Assembly (NCBI GenBank): GCA_051942205.1
Contig: JAVECO010000136.1
Location: forward strand, 44,389-64,388
Direction of reading: 5' to 3'
Length of the DNA stretch: 20,000 bases
Origin: Coniocarpon cinnabarinum
Taxonomy: Eukaryota
A program made the translations under genes and the position numbers. The number at the start of each line of letters is the position of its first letter. Position 1 is the first letter of the stretch. The notes under the pieces were generated by a model. The model was not told where the DNA came from. It was given only the letters and a program-made list of their open reading frames with translations, and searched no databases. Below, one piece after another: positions 10,104 to 20,000 of the stretch.

Positions 10104-11506
10104 ATGGCTCGAAAGCAACAATCTTCCCGCGACTTTGATGATCCACCGAGAAAACGTGCAAAGACTGCAGGCGAAGTTTCAAACACCCAAGGCGCAACAT
10201 CAATCTCAGCTGTTAAGCTTTCCAAAAGCCTGGCAAAGCCAACACCATCATCAGCACATCGACAGCCTGATGCTATTGGATTTCTCAAAGAACGCTTTGA
10301 GAGTGATGAAAAGCCAAACCCTTCCTCGAGCGTCAAGAAAACCAAGGATCCTTACCGTTACCGTGTGATGTCCGGCACCCCCTGGCCATGCGAGCCAGAG
10401 TCAGGGCGGATAAAGCTCCTCTTCCCAATCCCTCGTCAGCGTGAGATTGACCGAATGACAGCCACGAAACTGCTGCATCATTTCGAGAAAGGAGGCGCAC
10501 AGGCTTGGCGTGAAGAACTGTTCCGTCAATTCAATATTAAAAACATCTATTCGCTTGATGCAAGAGCGATGAAAGCCTCTTCCGCGGTCCTGAGAGACAG
10601 AGTTTTAGACAAACGCAAACACATATTCCATTGTACAGATGTAAGCACAACAAATATTTCATTAGCAGATGATTCATCATTTGAGCGTTTTGTTCCTTGA
10701 CGCTGGACTTTGAACTCTTTTTCAATCGTTGCATAGGCTAACAATATATGATCCAGGCACGTGAAGGTGATGATGTTGACCAATACGAGTATCCGCAACT
10801 GTTTGAGGAACCTCAGCATGATCCAGAAGACGAGGCTCAACAAAGTGTAGACAATACTAGAGGAGGGCTCAGAACAAGCCAGAGGTCTATAAAGAGGAGC
10901 TTCAAGCCAGTTGCGGATGAGCAGTCAGATCATGACCATCTTGCGGATGTTTCAACAAAACCTGCCCAGATTCAGAAAGAGAGGCTTAAAGAAGTGGAGG
11001 AACTGATGGCCAGACATATAACAGCACATAATCTCGTAAAGGACTGGACTACCGCGCATCCACAACCACTACAGCGTTCTCGTGGCTGGCAGCGTTCAGG
11101 AAATGCTGGCTTGCGTCACGAGCTGAACCTGCGGGACATGAAGCTTGTTAAGACAAATGGGAGGAATGAATTACCAGACTTGTCAGAGCTCAGAAGACCT
11201 GACACTGGATTGCAAGCGGATGACGAGGCCATGCGGATGAGCTTTGCGCTCTTCGAGCATGAGGGTGAAAGCGCTGCCAAGAGATTTGGAGTTGGATTTT
11301 GGGAAAGAATCCGCGCTCTTGCAGCAGAGAAGGTTGAACCGTCCGTAATGGCGGGATGCAACGAAGAGAGACGGATGCGGGAAGTACGGCGTGTTGCACA
11401 CGCTGAACCGATGGTGGCCCATGATGGAAAGTCACAGCACATGAGCAGTGTTGCAGAGAGACTTGCCAATGAATTACAGGAGTCGGAGGAGTCAGAGGCA
11501 GAGTAG
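10104..11506 (+). CDS. Hypothetical, probably nuclear protein (predicted 428 aa, 2 exons); paralog B of the divergent pair
   Basis: ATG in context AACAACATGG. Exons 10104-10640 and 10757-11506, with a phase-0 intron 10641-10756 (GTAAGC..GCTAAC..CAG). NLS-like PPRKRAK. Shares several collinear sequence blocks with the 6827-9767 protein. Confidence 0.85.
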
Positions 11507-11640
11507 AGGCTGCAAAGCGGCAAGGATGCGCATGTCAGGCGCGAAGCCTGATTTCGTACCACGAGTCACGGACAATACAGGATGTCCTCTCGACTGCCGG
11601 ACAGCACGGGCACAGTGGTGGACAGTAGTGAAAGCAGAAG

Positions 11641-11661
11641 TAGTAGTAGTAGTAGTAGTAG
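11641..11661 (+). repeat. (TAG)7 microsatellite
   Basis: Seven perfect TAG units at the GC/AT transition. Confidence 0.95.
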
Positions 11662-11736
11662 AATTCATACGCCGATACCGTCGCGCGTGGCGATATATAG
11701 GGGTACTATAACGCTACCTATATAGAGCATCTACTA

Positions 11737-11778
11737 CTAAATTTAGGGGTTTATTACTACTAAACCCCTAAAATTTAG
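11737..11778. repeat. Near-perfect inverted repeat (hairpin)
   Basis: CTAAATTTAGGGGTTTA (11737-11753), 7-nt loop, TAAACCCCTAAAATTTAG (11761-11778). The arms differ by one inserted base. Confidence 0.85.
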
Positions 11779-11949
11779 CGCTAATCTTCTATTCTATTCT
11801 ATTATCTTAAGTTCTTGCTTTATAATCTAGTACTATCTAGCCTACCTAGTTTAGCTAGGTAGAGTATATATAACTAGTATTTTAGACTTAGTTATTTTTA
11901 GGCTAGTTTATCTAGATAGGGTAAGTATAGGTAGGATCTAAGAACTACC

Positions 11950-13315
11950 TTTAATTTATTCTATGCTACTCTTTTACTATTATCCTTTTTCTTACTAAGT
12001 CTTTAGCCTTATTATTATTATTACTAATATTACTTTATTAATATCTTTCTTATATTAGTAGTAATAGTAATAGTAAGCCTTATAGGTAAGTTAATTATAT
12101 AGTATTTATACTTCTAATATTATTCTTGCTCTATCTACTAAGGTATATACTATTTTTTATTACTATCGCCTCTATATTACTATCTAGTAGTTTTTTTAAG
12201 TTTTTATAATATACCTACTTACTATTATAGCTTTTTTTATAGTACGCTATCTAGATATAGCTTTCTTTTTTTTTTTTTCTAGTAGATTTAGTTAGTAGAG
12301 TACTTTACTACTAATAAGGTACTACTAGAATTTTAGAATAATATAATCTATCTATATATATTATCTTTTATAGAGCCTATTTTTACTAGTTTAAAATAAT
12401 ATAATAATTTATCTTAACTTCTTAAATACTAGTATATTAATAAAGTTCTTATATTATCTAAATTCTAGATAGTAGTTAAGCTAGCTAGCTACTTTAAGTA
12501 TCTAGTATACTATATTTTTAATATACTAGTTAGGCTTATTATAGTAACTATCTACTTAGATATAATAGAAATTCTTTATTTAAGCTATTATAATTAGCTT
12601 TTACTATATATTTAGTAAAAATAGCGTTTTTAGCTTTAAGTAGTTAAGATACTTATAATTATAGTTTTAAAAATAGAGCTACTTACTATAGCTACTTAAT
12701 TAAACTATAATTATAGTAATTTAGTAGTACTAGATCTTTTTTTATTATTAGTCTTATAGCTACTTAATTTATATACTAGTTTAAATATTAAAAAGGCTAA
12801 AAGTAATCTTATAGCTCTACTTACTATATAAAAATATATTAAAGATTTTATAGTAGGTAGTATTATTAAAGGCTTTATACTAGTTAGCTTAGTTACTAGC
12901 TATAAAAAATATAATGAGCTTAGTTATTATATTAATATTAGTATATTACTAGACCTACTCTAAAAATATAGCTAGCTATTAGGCTATTATAAGCTTATTA
13001 GTAGATATTAAAAAATTATTATATTTTAGTCTACTTTTAGAAAGGTTATTATATTCTAGTCTATTTAGAGTATCTACTTTCTTTACTAAAAGTAGTAAGG
13101 CTTTTATTAGCTTTATATATAGTAAGATTAGCTAAGCTATAGCTTCTAATACTATTTATAGTAATTATTAACTACTAGTTTATTAAGAAATTTAAGTAGT
13201 TAAGAAAGGTAGTTTATATTATTACTAGCGCTAGGTAATAGCCTTAGTAAAAAGGGTCTAGGTAATAGTACCTCTCTAGTAATAGTAGTAAAGGCCCTTT
13301 CTTTATATTTATTAG
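11950..13315 (-). mobile_element. Possible RIP-degraded hAT-family DNA transposase relic (central and C-terminal part)
   Basis: De-RIP readings on minus, in the expected order. H-x-G-x-x-L-A..D-Y..I-T-V-D at ~13250-13150, L-x-x-V-A-L-F-L-E-P at ~12700-12662 and S-N-V-E-A-M-V-M-K at ~12190-12152 are all in one frame. Y-M-V-S-R-A-I-R-L at ~12836-12804 is in another frame. The diagnostic TRWNS and CxxH motifs are not clearly recoverable. Boundaries approximate. Confidence 0.4.
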
Positions 13316-13560
13316 TGTTAACGCTTTAAGTTATATATATACCTATTAGCGTAGGTTATAGTTATTCTATTAGTATAGATTATAGTTATTTTATTAGTAT
13401 AGGTTATAGTTATCCCTTTCTAATTTATCTCTTCTTTCTTCTTCTTACTCTTCTCTTAGATATTTATATAGATCTTATTATTAAAAAGCTTATATTACTA
13501 TACCTAGATTCTAGGGTTCTATTAGATATACTATTTTTATCTTACTCTTTTTAAGCCTCT
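13316..13560 (+). repeat. Candidate 5' LTR of the Gypsy element (3' end uncertain)
   Basis: Begins with a rare surviving TG (TGTTAACGC), contains short tandem repeats and a pyrimidine tract, and lies upstream of the gag-like region. No second copy is available to confirm it. Confidence 0.4.
13343..13414 (+). repeat. Three tandem 24-bp repeats
   Basis: CTATTAGCGTAGGTTATAGTTATT / CTATTAGTATAGATTATAGTTATT / TTATTAGTATAGGTTATAGTTATC. All differences are C/T or G/A transitions. Confidence 0.9.
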
Positions 13561-15579
13561 TTTAATATATTATACTATATTTTTATATTTTTTTTTTAAT
13601 ATTATAGATATAAGATATTAGAGCGCTACCTTATTTTTTTTAGTACTATTAATCTAGTAGTTATACTTCTAGTAAAAGTAGCTAATAATACTAGTCTAAA
13701 TTAAAAAGCTAGTAATATAAGCTATAAATCTTAGATATATAAAAAGAATTATAAAGTTATATATTTATAAAAAGAGCCTAGTATTAGCTATATATAAGAG
13801 CGTGCTTATATAACCTACTAGGTCTAGCTACGCTCTAGTTATACGCTATACTTAGCCCTACTCTAGCCTCTAACTATGCTATATATAGGCTACTACTATA
13901 GTATATACTACTATTCTTCTACTTCTTTTATTACTTCTTAGCTATTTATTAAATACTATACTATTATATACTAGTTTACTTTACTTATAACTATCTTTTT
14001 ATATTTAAATAGCTTAAATTTCTATAAAGAAGTAATTTAGACTAGTAAATTAGTTATAAAACTATTTTTTTTTATATTAATATTATACTATAATAGTAAT
14101 AAACCTATACTAGATCTATACTATAGTAGCTTATTAAAATATTACTCTAAAAAAAGTAAGTATATATAATAATAAGAATAAGATTAACTATAGTAATAGT
14201 AAATCTAAGAAGCCTATATTAGCTTAAAGCTATAATAGTATAAATATAACTTAAAAGAAAATAGCTACTAAAGGTAAAAATTTTATAATACTATTTAATA
14301 TATCTTAACTAGAGTAAAGCTCTATATTTTTTATAGTAACTCTAATAAGCTAGCTAAGTACTAATTTTAGTATAATAGTAGCTTAAGCTATATCTAAGTA
14401 TATAAAAATATACTAAAAAATACTAAAAAAAGATAATTTTTAATATAATAAAAAAAAGATTAAATTAGACTATTAAAAATAATTAGTTATAGAGTTAAGT
14501 TTCTTTTTTTTTATACTTCTTTTAAATATTACTAAGCCTTTTTAGTAATATTATTATCTACTAATATAAATAAAAAATACTATAATAGTCTTATTAAAAA
14601 AAAAGCTTTAATTTTAAAGTAAAAAAATAAATAAAAAGTATATAAATAGATATCTATTATTTAAAGTAACCTTATATAAGCTAACTTAACTTTTTAATTA
14701 AGTAGTAGTATTAATAAATAAGTAGTATATTAGACTACTAAAAGTTAGTACTATAGTAATTTAATTATAATTTAAACTTACTTTAGGAATATACTTATAT
14801 TACTTAAATAGGTCTTTTAATTAGCTTAAAATTAAATAATTAATTTAGTTTTTTATAAATTAAAGCCTACTAACTACTTTTATAACTATATAACTTATAG
14901 TTAAAATATTTATATACTTTACTTATATTTTCTTTTTAATAAAATAAGCTTTTTTAGTTCTTTATTAGAGAAGTATTATAAAATAGTTACTTTTATAAAG
15001 CTTTTAAAAAAGATATAAAAAAAATTTAACTAGTTTAACTAATATAAGAACTATAAAACTATTAATAAGATTTAAAATATAGTAATATTTATTAAAAGTT
15101 ACTAGGCTATAGATTAGTAGCGTATTATTTATAGTCTAAGTTAGGGCTAGGGTTAAGAAGGTACTATATCTTAAATTAAATTAGATAATTAGTCTTAGGC
15201 TAATTTTAAAGTAGCTTTATTTAGTAGACTATCTAACTAGTTCTTTAAGACTAGTAGTAAGGCACTTTAAGATAGTTATAAAAAGAACCTATAATAAAAA
15301 AGCTCTAGTTTAAGAAAGTTATTAACTATATTAGTTAAATATTATAAATATAGCTAATTTAGCTACTATAAAAGTAACTATTTTAAGAATATCTAACTAT
15401 TAAATAATTTAGGCGCTTTACATCTAAAAATAGATATAGAAGAAGTAGTACTATAACTAATAATTATAGATAAATTTATAAATATCTTTAGTAATAAAGC
15501 TATAATATCTAGTAGCTTTAGTACTATAGATATTATAATATTTAGTAGCTTTAATATATTAATACTAGAGTAAATATTA

Positions 15580-15900
15580 GTTTACTATTTTTTAGACTAT
15601 AGTATAAGTATTAATTTAATCTTAAAGCACTTTTTTTTATATCTAATTACTTAAGTTTTAAACTTTTTTTATTTAGTAATTCTTTTTAATAAAAATGAAT
15701 TTTATATCTACTATATTATTAATAGTAAGCTAAAAACTACTAATTTGAATAAAGTTTCTAAGACTCTTAAGTAAGCCTTTAGTATTATAATATTTATAGG
15801 TTATAATATAGTATTAGATATACTATAGTTTATCTAAGCTAATCTTTTTATTTTTTTTATTTAGGGTATATTTATCTAAAGATAGAAAGTAGTCTATAAT
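15580..15900 (+). pseudogene. Gypsy aspartic protease relic
   Basis: TTA GAC TAT AGT ATA AGT ATT AAT TTA ATC TTA AAG CAC TTT from 15592 de-RIPs to L-D-(C)-G-A-S-V-N-L-I-S-K-H-F, a retropepsin D-x-G-A active-site pattern. Confidence 0.6.
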
Positions 15901-16129
15901 TAAGTTATTATTAGTTTAGAATTAAAGCTATTATATAAAATAAAAAATAGTAGTCTAGTATAGGTAATATTACTATAATTAAATTTTAAAGTATTTTATA
16001 ATATTAGGTTAGAGGCTTTTTTAAGCTAGTTCTTATTTAAAAAAGATATAGTATAAAGCTATACTAGTATAAAAGTAGTAGCAGTTCTAAATAATAATAA
16101 ATTATCTTCTAAATTCTAAAATTTTTATA

Positions 16130-17000
16130 ATATCTTTTTAGAAATATTAGCTAGATAACTTACTTTTAATAATCTAGCGTTAGATTATATAATTAGTATA
16201 ATAAAGAAGATTTCTAATATACTAATTTATAATCTTTTTTTTAAAAGCTTAAAGAACTAAAAAAATATTTTAATAAGGTACTAGATTATAGTTAGATTTA
16301 AATAAGTAAGAGCCCTACTAGCACTTCTATTTTATTTATACTAAAGTCTAATAGTATCCTATATTTCTATATTAATTACTATAGCCTTAATACTATAATA
16401 GTAAAGAATTAGTATTTTTTACTATTAATTTTAAAGATCTTTAATTAGTTAAATAATACTTAAGTCTTTTCTAAATTAGACTTAAAAAATACCTACTATT
16501 ATATTTAAATTAGAAAAAAAAATAAGTAAAAAATAGTATTTAAGACCTACTATAAATATTATAAATATAGTATAATATTATTTAAACTAGCTAATACTTC
16601 TACTACCTTTTAAGTATATATTAATAGTATCTTTAAAAAGCTAGTAAATACTATTTATATTATTTATCTAAATAATATTCTTATCTTTTTTAAAAACTAT
16701 AACTTATATATATATTGTATATAAGAAGTACTATAATAGTTAAAAACTTAGAGTCTTTTTATAAAGGCGTTAAAGTATAAATTCTTTACTAATTTAGTTA
16801 AATTCCTAGAATTTATTATTACTAACTAGAGCGTTAATATAAATAAGAAAAGGGTTAAAATAATTAAGAATTAACCTATATTATAGAGTATATATAATAT
16901 ACTTATTTTTTTAGGCTTTATAGGCTTTTATTAATAATTTATCTATAATTATACTAAATTAGTAGCTTCTCTAAATAACCTTACTAAAGACTATAAAAAA
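16130..17000 (+). pseudogene. Gypsy reverse transcriptase relic
   Basis: De-RIP translation: SKSPAGAPILFVPKPDGTLRFCVDYRGLN..VKNRYPLPLI..FSKLDLKDAYHRIRIREGDEWKTAFKTRYGHYEY..MPFGLANAPATFQ..YLDDILIF. The catalytic YLDD now reads TAT CTA AAT AAT (YLNN) at 16665-16676. Confidence 0.95.
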
Positions 17001-17119
17001 AAGAGTAAGGCTTAATAATAAAAAGAGAATAGTATAATATTAAAGAATCTCTTTTTCTAAAATATAGTAGAGTAAAAAGCTTTTAATAGGCTTTAGTAGA
17101 TATTTTTAACTACTAGAAT

Positions 17120-17530
17120 ACTAAAGCACTTTAACTCTAAACTTTTAGTAATACTCTAAATAGATATATTAGAATTTACTATTAGATTAATATTACTTTA
17201 GCTTAGTACTAGCTTAGAACTAGATATAGAGTAGAAAAGTAACTCTTAAGTATATTTATAATCTATTATATACTACTTAAAAAAATTATAAGAACCTAAA
17301 TTTTACTATTATATAATTATTTAAGTACTTTTAATACTACTTAAAAAGTATAGTATATATTATATAAGTTTTTTATAATTATAATAACCTAAAATACTTT
17401 ATAATTATAAAAAAGCTAACTAGATATTAAAGTTACTAGATAGAATTTTTATTAGTATATAACTTTATTATTAAATATAAAAAAAGTACTATAAATTCTA
17501 TAAATACTCTATTAAGATATTTAGATTATA
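17120..17530 (+). pseudogene. Gypsy RNase H relic
   Basis: De-RIP: KHFDPKLPVMLQTDASGFAIG.VLLQ (~17123-17200) and DHNNLKYFMTTKKLTRRQ..W.EFLS.YDFVIEYKKG..NPADALSR (~17378-17520). Confidence 0.85.
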
Positions 17531-18109
17531 TACTTACTAGTAAGTAGGTAGATTATAATTTAATATTATTTATACTAAAATAAAGTCTTACTTATACTTT
17601 AAAAAGTATAACTACTTAGATATAGTTTAATAGAGTAAATATTCTAGTAAACCTTATAAGGTTACTAGTATTAAAAAGAGAGTATAATATATAAGATATA
17701 GCTCTAAGAACTATTACTATTTTTATAGTAGAGCTCTTTAGTATTTATCTAGACTTAATAAAATTTTAATACTATATCTACTAGTTATAAAAGAACCTAA
17801 ATATAGCTCTAAAGTAAAATAGTACTAAACTTATAATATATAAAAAAATAGCTAGTATAGATAGGTTAATATATCTTATACTATATATATAGGCTATTAT
17901 AGTAACTTAGTATAAAATAGCTTTTAGTACTTTTATAGACCTTTTTTTTAAATTTATAAAAGCTATATAAGAAAAAAATACTTTAATAGTATAGATAGAA
18001 TTAAAAAAAAAAGACTAAAAAAAAGCTAGTAAGTTAAGTAAAAGATAGTTATATCTAGATAGCTTTCTATACTTTAAAAATAAAGTATAAATATCTTAAT
18101 CTTCTACTC

Positions 18110-19205
18110 TAAGAGTAAAATTACTATATAGAAACTATAATATAAAAAAAATAGATTATCTTAGATATATAAAGATACTTAAAATACTTTATACTAAATA
18201 CTATTAAGAAGATATTAATAATAATATAAATAAATATATTAGAAGCTATAATCTTTACTAATAGATAAAGGTAGTTTACTATAAGCTATATAGTAAATAA
18301 GTATTTTTACTAATACCTATAAAACTACTAAAAAGTTAGATAATAGATTTTATAGTTAGTCTACTATCTAGTAATAAATTTAACTCTATTTTTATATTTT
18401 ATAACTACTACTTAAAGCTAGTCTAGTATTATGCCTATACTAATATAAGTATAGCTTAGTAGTATATTAAGATCTTAATAAAAGCCTTAATATTCTTAAT
18501 ACTAAGTATACTTAATAATTTAATATTAGATAAAGAATCTCTTTTTACTTTAGAATTTTAGTATTTTTTCTTATATATACTAAAAATTAAAAAAAAACTA
18601 AGTATAGCCTTTTATCTATAGATAGATAAATAAACTAAGTATTAAAATTAAAGCTTAGAGTACTATCTTTAGTACTATTATTTCTATAAATAAAATAATT
18701 AAAAAGAGCTATTAAATACTATAAAATATATCTATAATTAGGTACTTTATACTCTTACTAGTATAATATCTTTTAAGACTATATTTAGTAAAGAAAAATT
18801 TTTTTTAAATAGTCTACTAATCTTAAAAAAGATTATAAGTAGATATCTAAAAAAACTAAAAAAAAAGTTATATTTATAACTTTATCTTAAAGCTACTATA
18901 GATATAAAGTAATACTACTTTTTATATATTATAGTAAAAAAATAATTAGCTTACTTTTATAAAGTCTAGACTAGATTTTATAATAAGAAATACTTACTAA
19001 GAATATATAAACCTAGTAAGTAAGTATTACTTTTAGTATATAATATTAAAATAAAAAGATTATATAAAAAGCTTAACTATAAGTTTTTAGAGTTTTTTAA
19101 AGTTAAGAAAGTAATTAGTAAGTAAATATATAAGTTAAAGCTATTAAAAAATTTAAAATAGCTTTATAATATATTTTATATAATATTACTTAAGTTATAC
19201 TATAC
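18110..19205 (+). pseudogene. Gypsy integrase relic (HHCC, catalytic core, GPF module)
   Basis: De-RIP: HD..GHLG..KT..KYYW..SCDLCQR.K..HKPYG (~18135-18295), MDFMVGLP, ISDKGSLFTSGFW, STAFHPQTDGQTERQNQSLEHYLR (18601-18672), KLDYKFLGPFKV..AYKLKLP..LHNVFHVTLLEPY (~19070-19200). Confidence 0.92.
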
Positions 19206-19254
19206 TTAACCTAACTATAATCTAGGTTTAGTCTAAAAATTAGCTAACCTAATA

Positions 19255-19415
19255 AATTAGTAGTAGAAAATGGAAACTATACTTATATATAAATATATAT
19301 TAATAGGTACTTAATACTTAATATATTAGCTTAGCTAGTTTACTAATTATAATATATAGTTACTAGTAAATAAACTAAGTAATATATAAAAGCTTTTAGA
19401 TAAATATAACATATA
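19255..19415 (+). pseudogene. Integrase-associated chromodomain relic
   Basis: De-RIP: QWEMETILAH..QYLVHWLGWPADYDTWLPADELGNAQKLLDEY, matching the chromodomain pattern (Y/W)EVE.I..YLV.W.G....TW.P...L. Confidence 0.8.
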
Positions 19416-20000
19416 TAAAAGTAAGCTACTTACTATAAAAAATAGATACTTAAAAAAATAAATAAAAAAAGACTATAGATATTAAAATTATTACTATTAA
19501 AGTTAGTAGTTTAGTTAGTAGTAGACCTTTATTACTACTAAAAAATATATAACTTATACTTAAATTTTAACTACTTAGTAGTTATAGAATACTAAAAGCT
19601 TAAACTTACTATAATTTATAGCTTTTAATATAGGTTTAACTATAGTAAGAGTTTATACTATAGTTATATATATTATAATCTACTTATAGATATAATAGAT
19701 ACTTTAAAAATTAGTTTAAAATATATCTATATTAAAACTTTCTTAAAAAGTTAAAATCTAAGTCTTTTATATATATTTTAAGATAGAAAAATAAATAAAA
19801 AATATTATAATTTATAGCTATTTTATATATAAAAAAAACTACTAACTTAGCCTAAGACTAAAAAAATAAAGAAGTATAAATAATTAAGTTATTCTTAATT
19901 AAAATACTACTACTAGGCACTATACTAATAGATTTCTTTAATATAATACTAAAAAAATACTTATACTACTTTATCTTTATTATAATAGTAAGTATATTAC

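Larger units (their letters stand above)
11700..20000. other. AT-rich RIP-mutated repeat block (AT isochore)
   Basis: Abrupt drop in GC. CpA/TpG is almost absent and TpA very abundant. No ORF-track entries. Conserved TE motifs become readable after reversing C>T and G>A changes. Confidence 0.95.
13316..20000 (+). mobile_element. RIP-inactivated Ty3/Gypsy LTR retrotransposon (chromovirus type); 3' end not identified in the window
   Basis: Domain order PR-RT-RH-IN-chromodomain is readable after de-RIP (see sub-features). Candidate 5' LTR start TGTTAACG at 13316, followed by a gag-sized degenerate region. No matching 3' LTR seen before 20000. Confidence 0.9.

Noticed and set aside
1..11700. Starship/giant transposon cargo or secondary-metabolite cluster
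   Set aside because: No tyrosine-recombinase captain, typical accessory genes, or PKS/NRPS/tailoring enzymes are visible in the window.
13343..13414. CRISPR-like array
   Set aside because: The repeats are directly adjacent with no unique spacers, the context is eukaryotic, and there are no cas genes.
15078..15125. Gag zinc knuckle
   Set aside because: De-RIP gives at best C-x3-C-x5-H-x4-C, not canonical CX2CX4HX4C. Too ambiguous to annotate, though the position fits.
15141..15157. Interstitial telomeric repeat TTAGGGCTAGGGTTAAG
   Set aside because: Only about two units. Readily explained as RIP of coding CAGGGC-type repeats within the gag region.
11700..20000. Mitochondrial insertion, alternative genetic code or assembly contamination as the cause of AT richness
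   Set aside because: Retrotransposon motifs recoverable through C>T/G>A reversal and the CpA/TpG depletion are fully explained by RIP.

Overview
Fungal (filamentous ascomycete-type) genomic DNA in two sharply separated compartments. Bases 1 to ~11,700 are GC-balanced and gene-dense. They hold the 3' part of a hypothetical gene, a small secreted Cys-containing protein, a 4-exon F-box gene missed by the ORF track, a DUF924 gene, and two divergently transcribed, intron-containing genes of unknown function (917 aa on minus, 428 aa on plus). Those two genes are recognisably paralogs of each other and share a 336-bp promoter region; this head-to-head pair is the most interesting item. Bases ~11,700 to 20,000 are an extremely AT-rich, RIP-mutated block with no ORFs. 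It contains a still-readable Ty3/Gypsy chromovirus relic (protease, RT, RNase H, integrase, chromodomain) on plus, preceded by a possible hAT transposase relic on minus. All gene models and alignments were made by eye, and no database searches were run.
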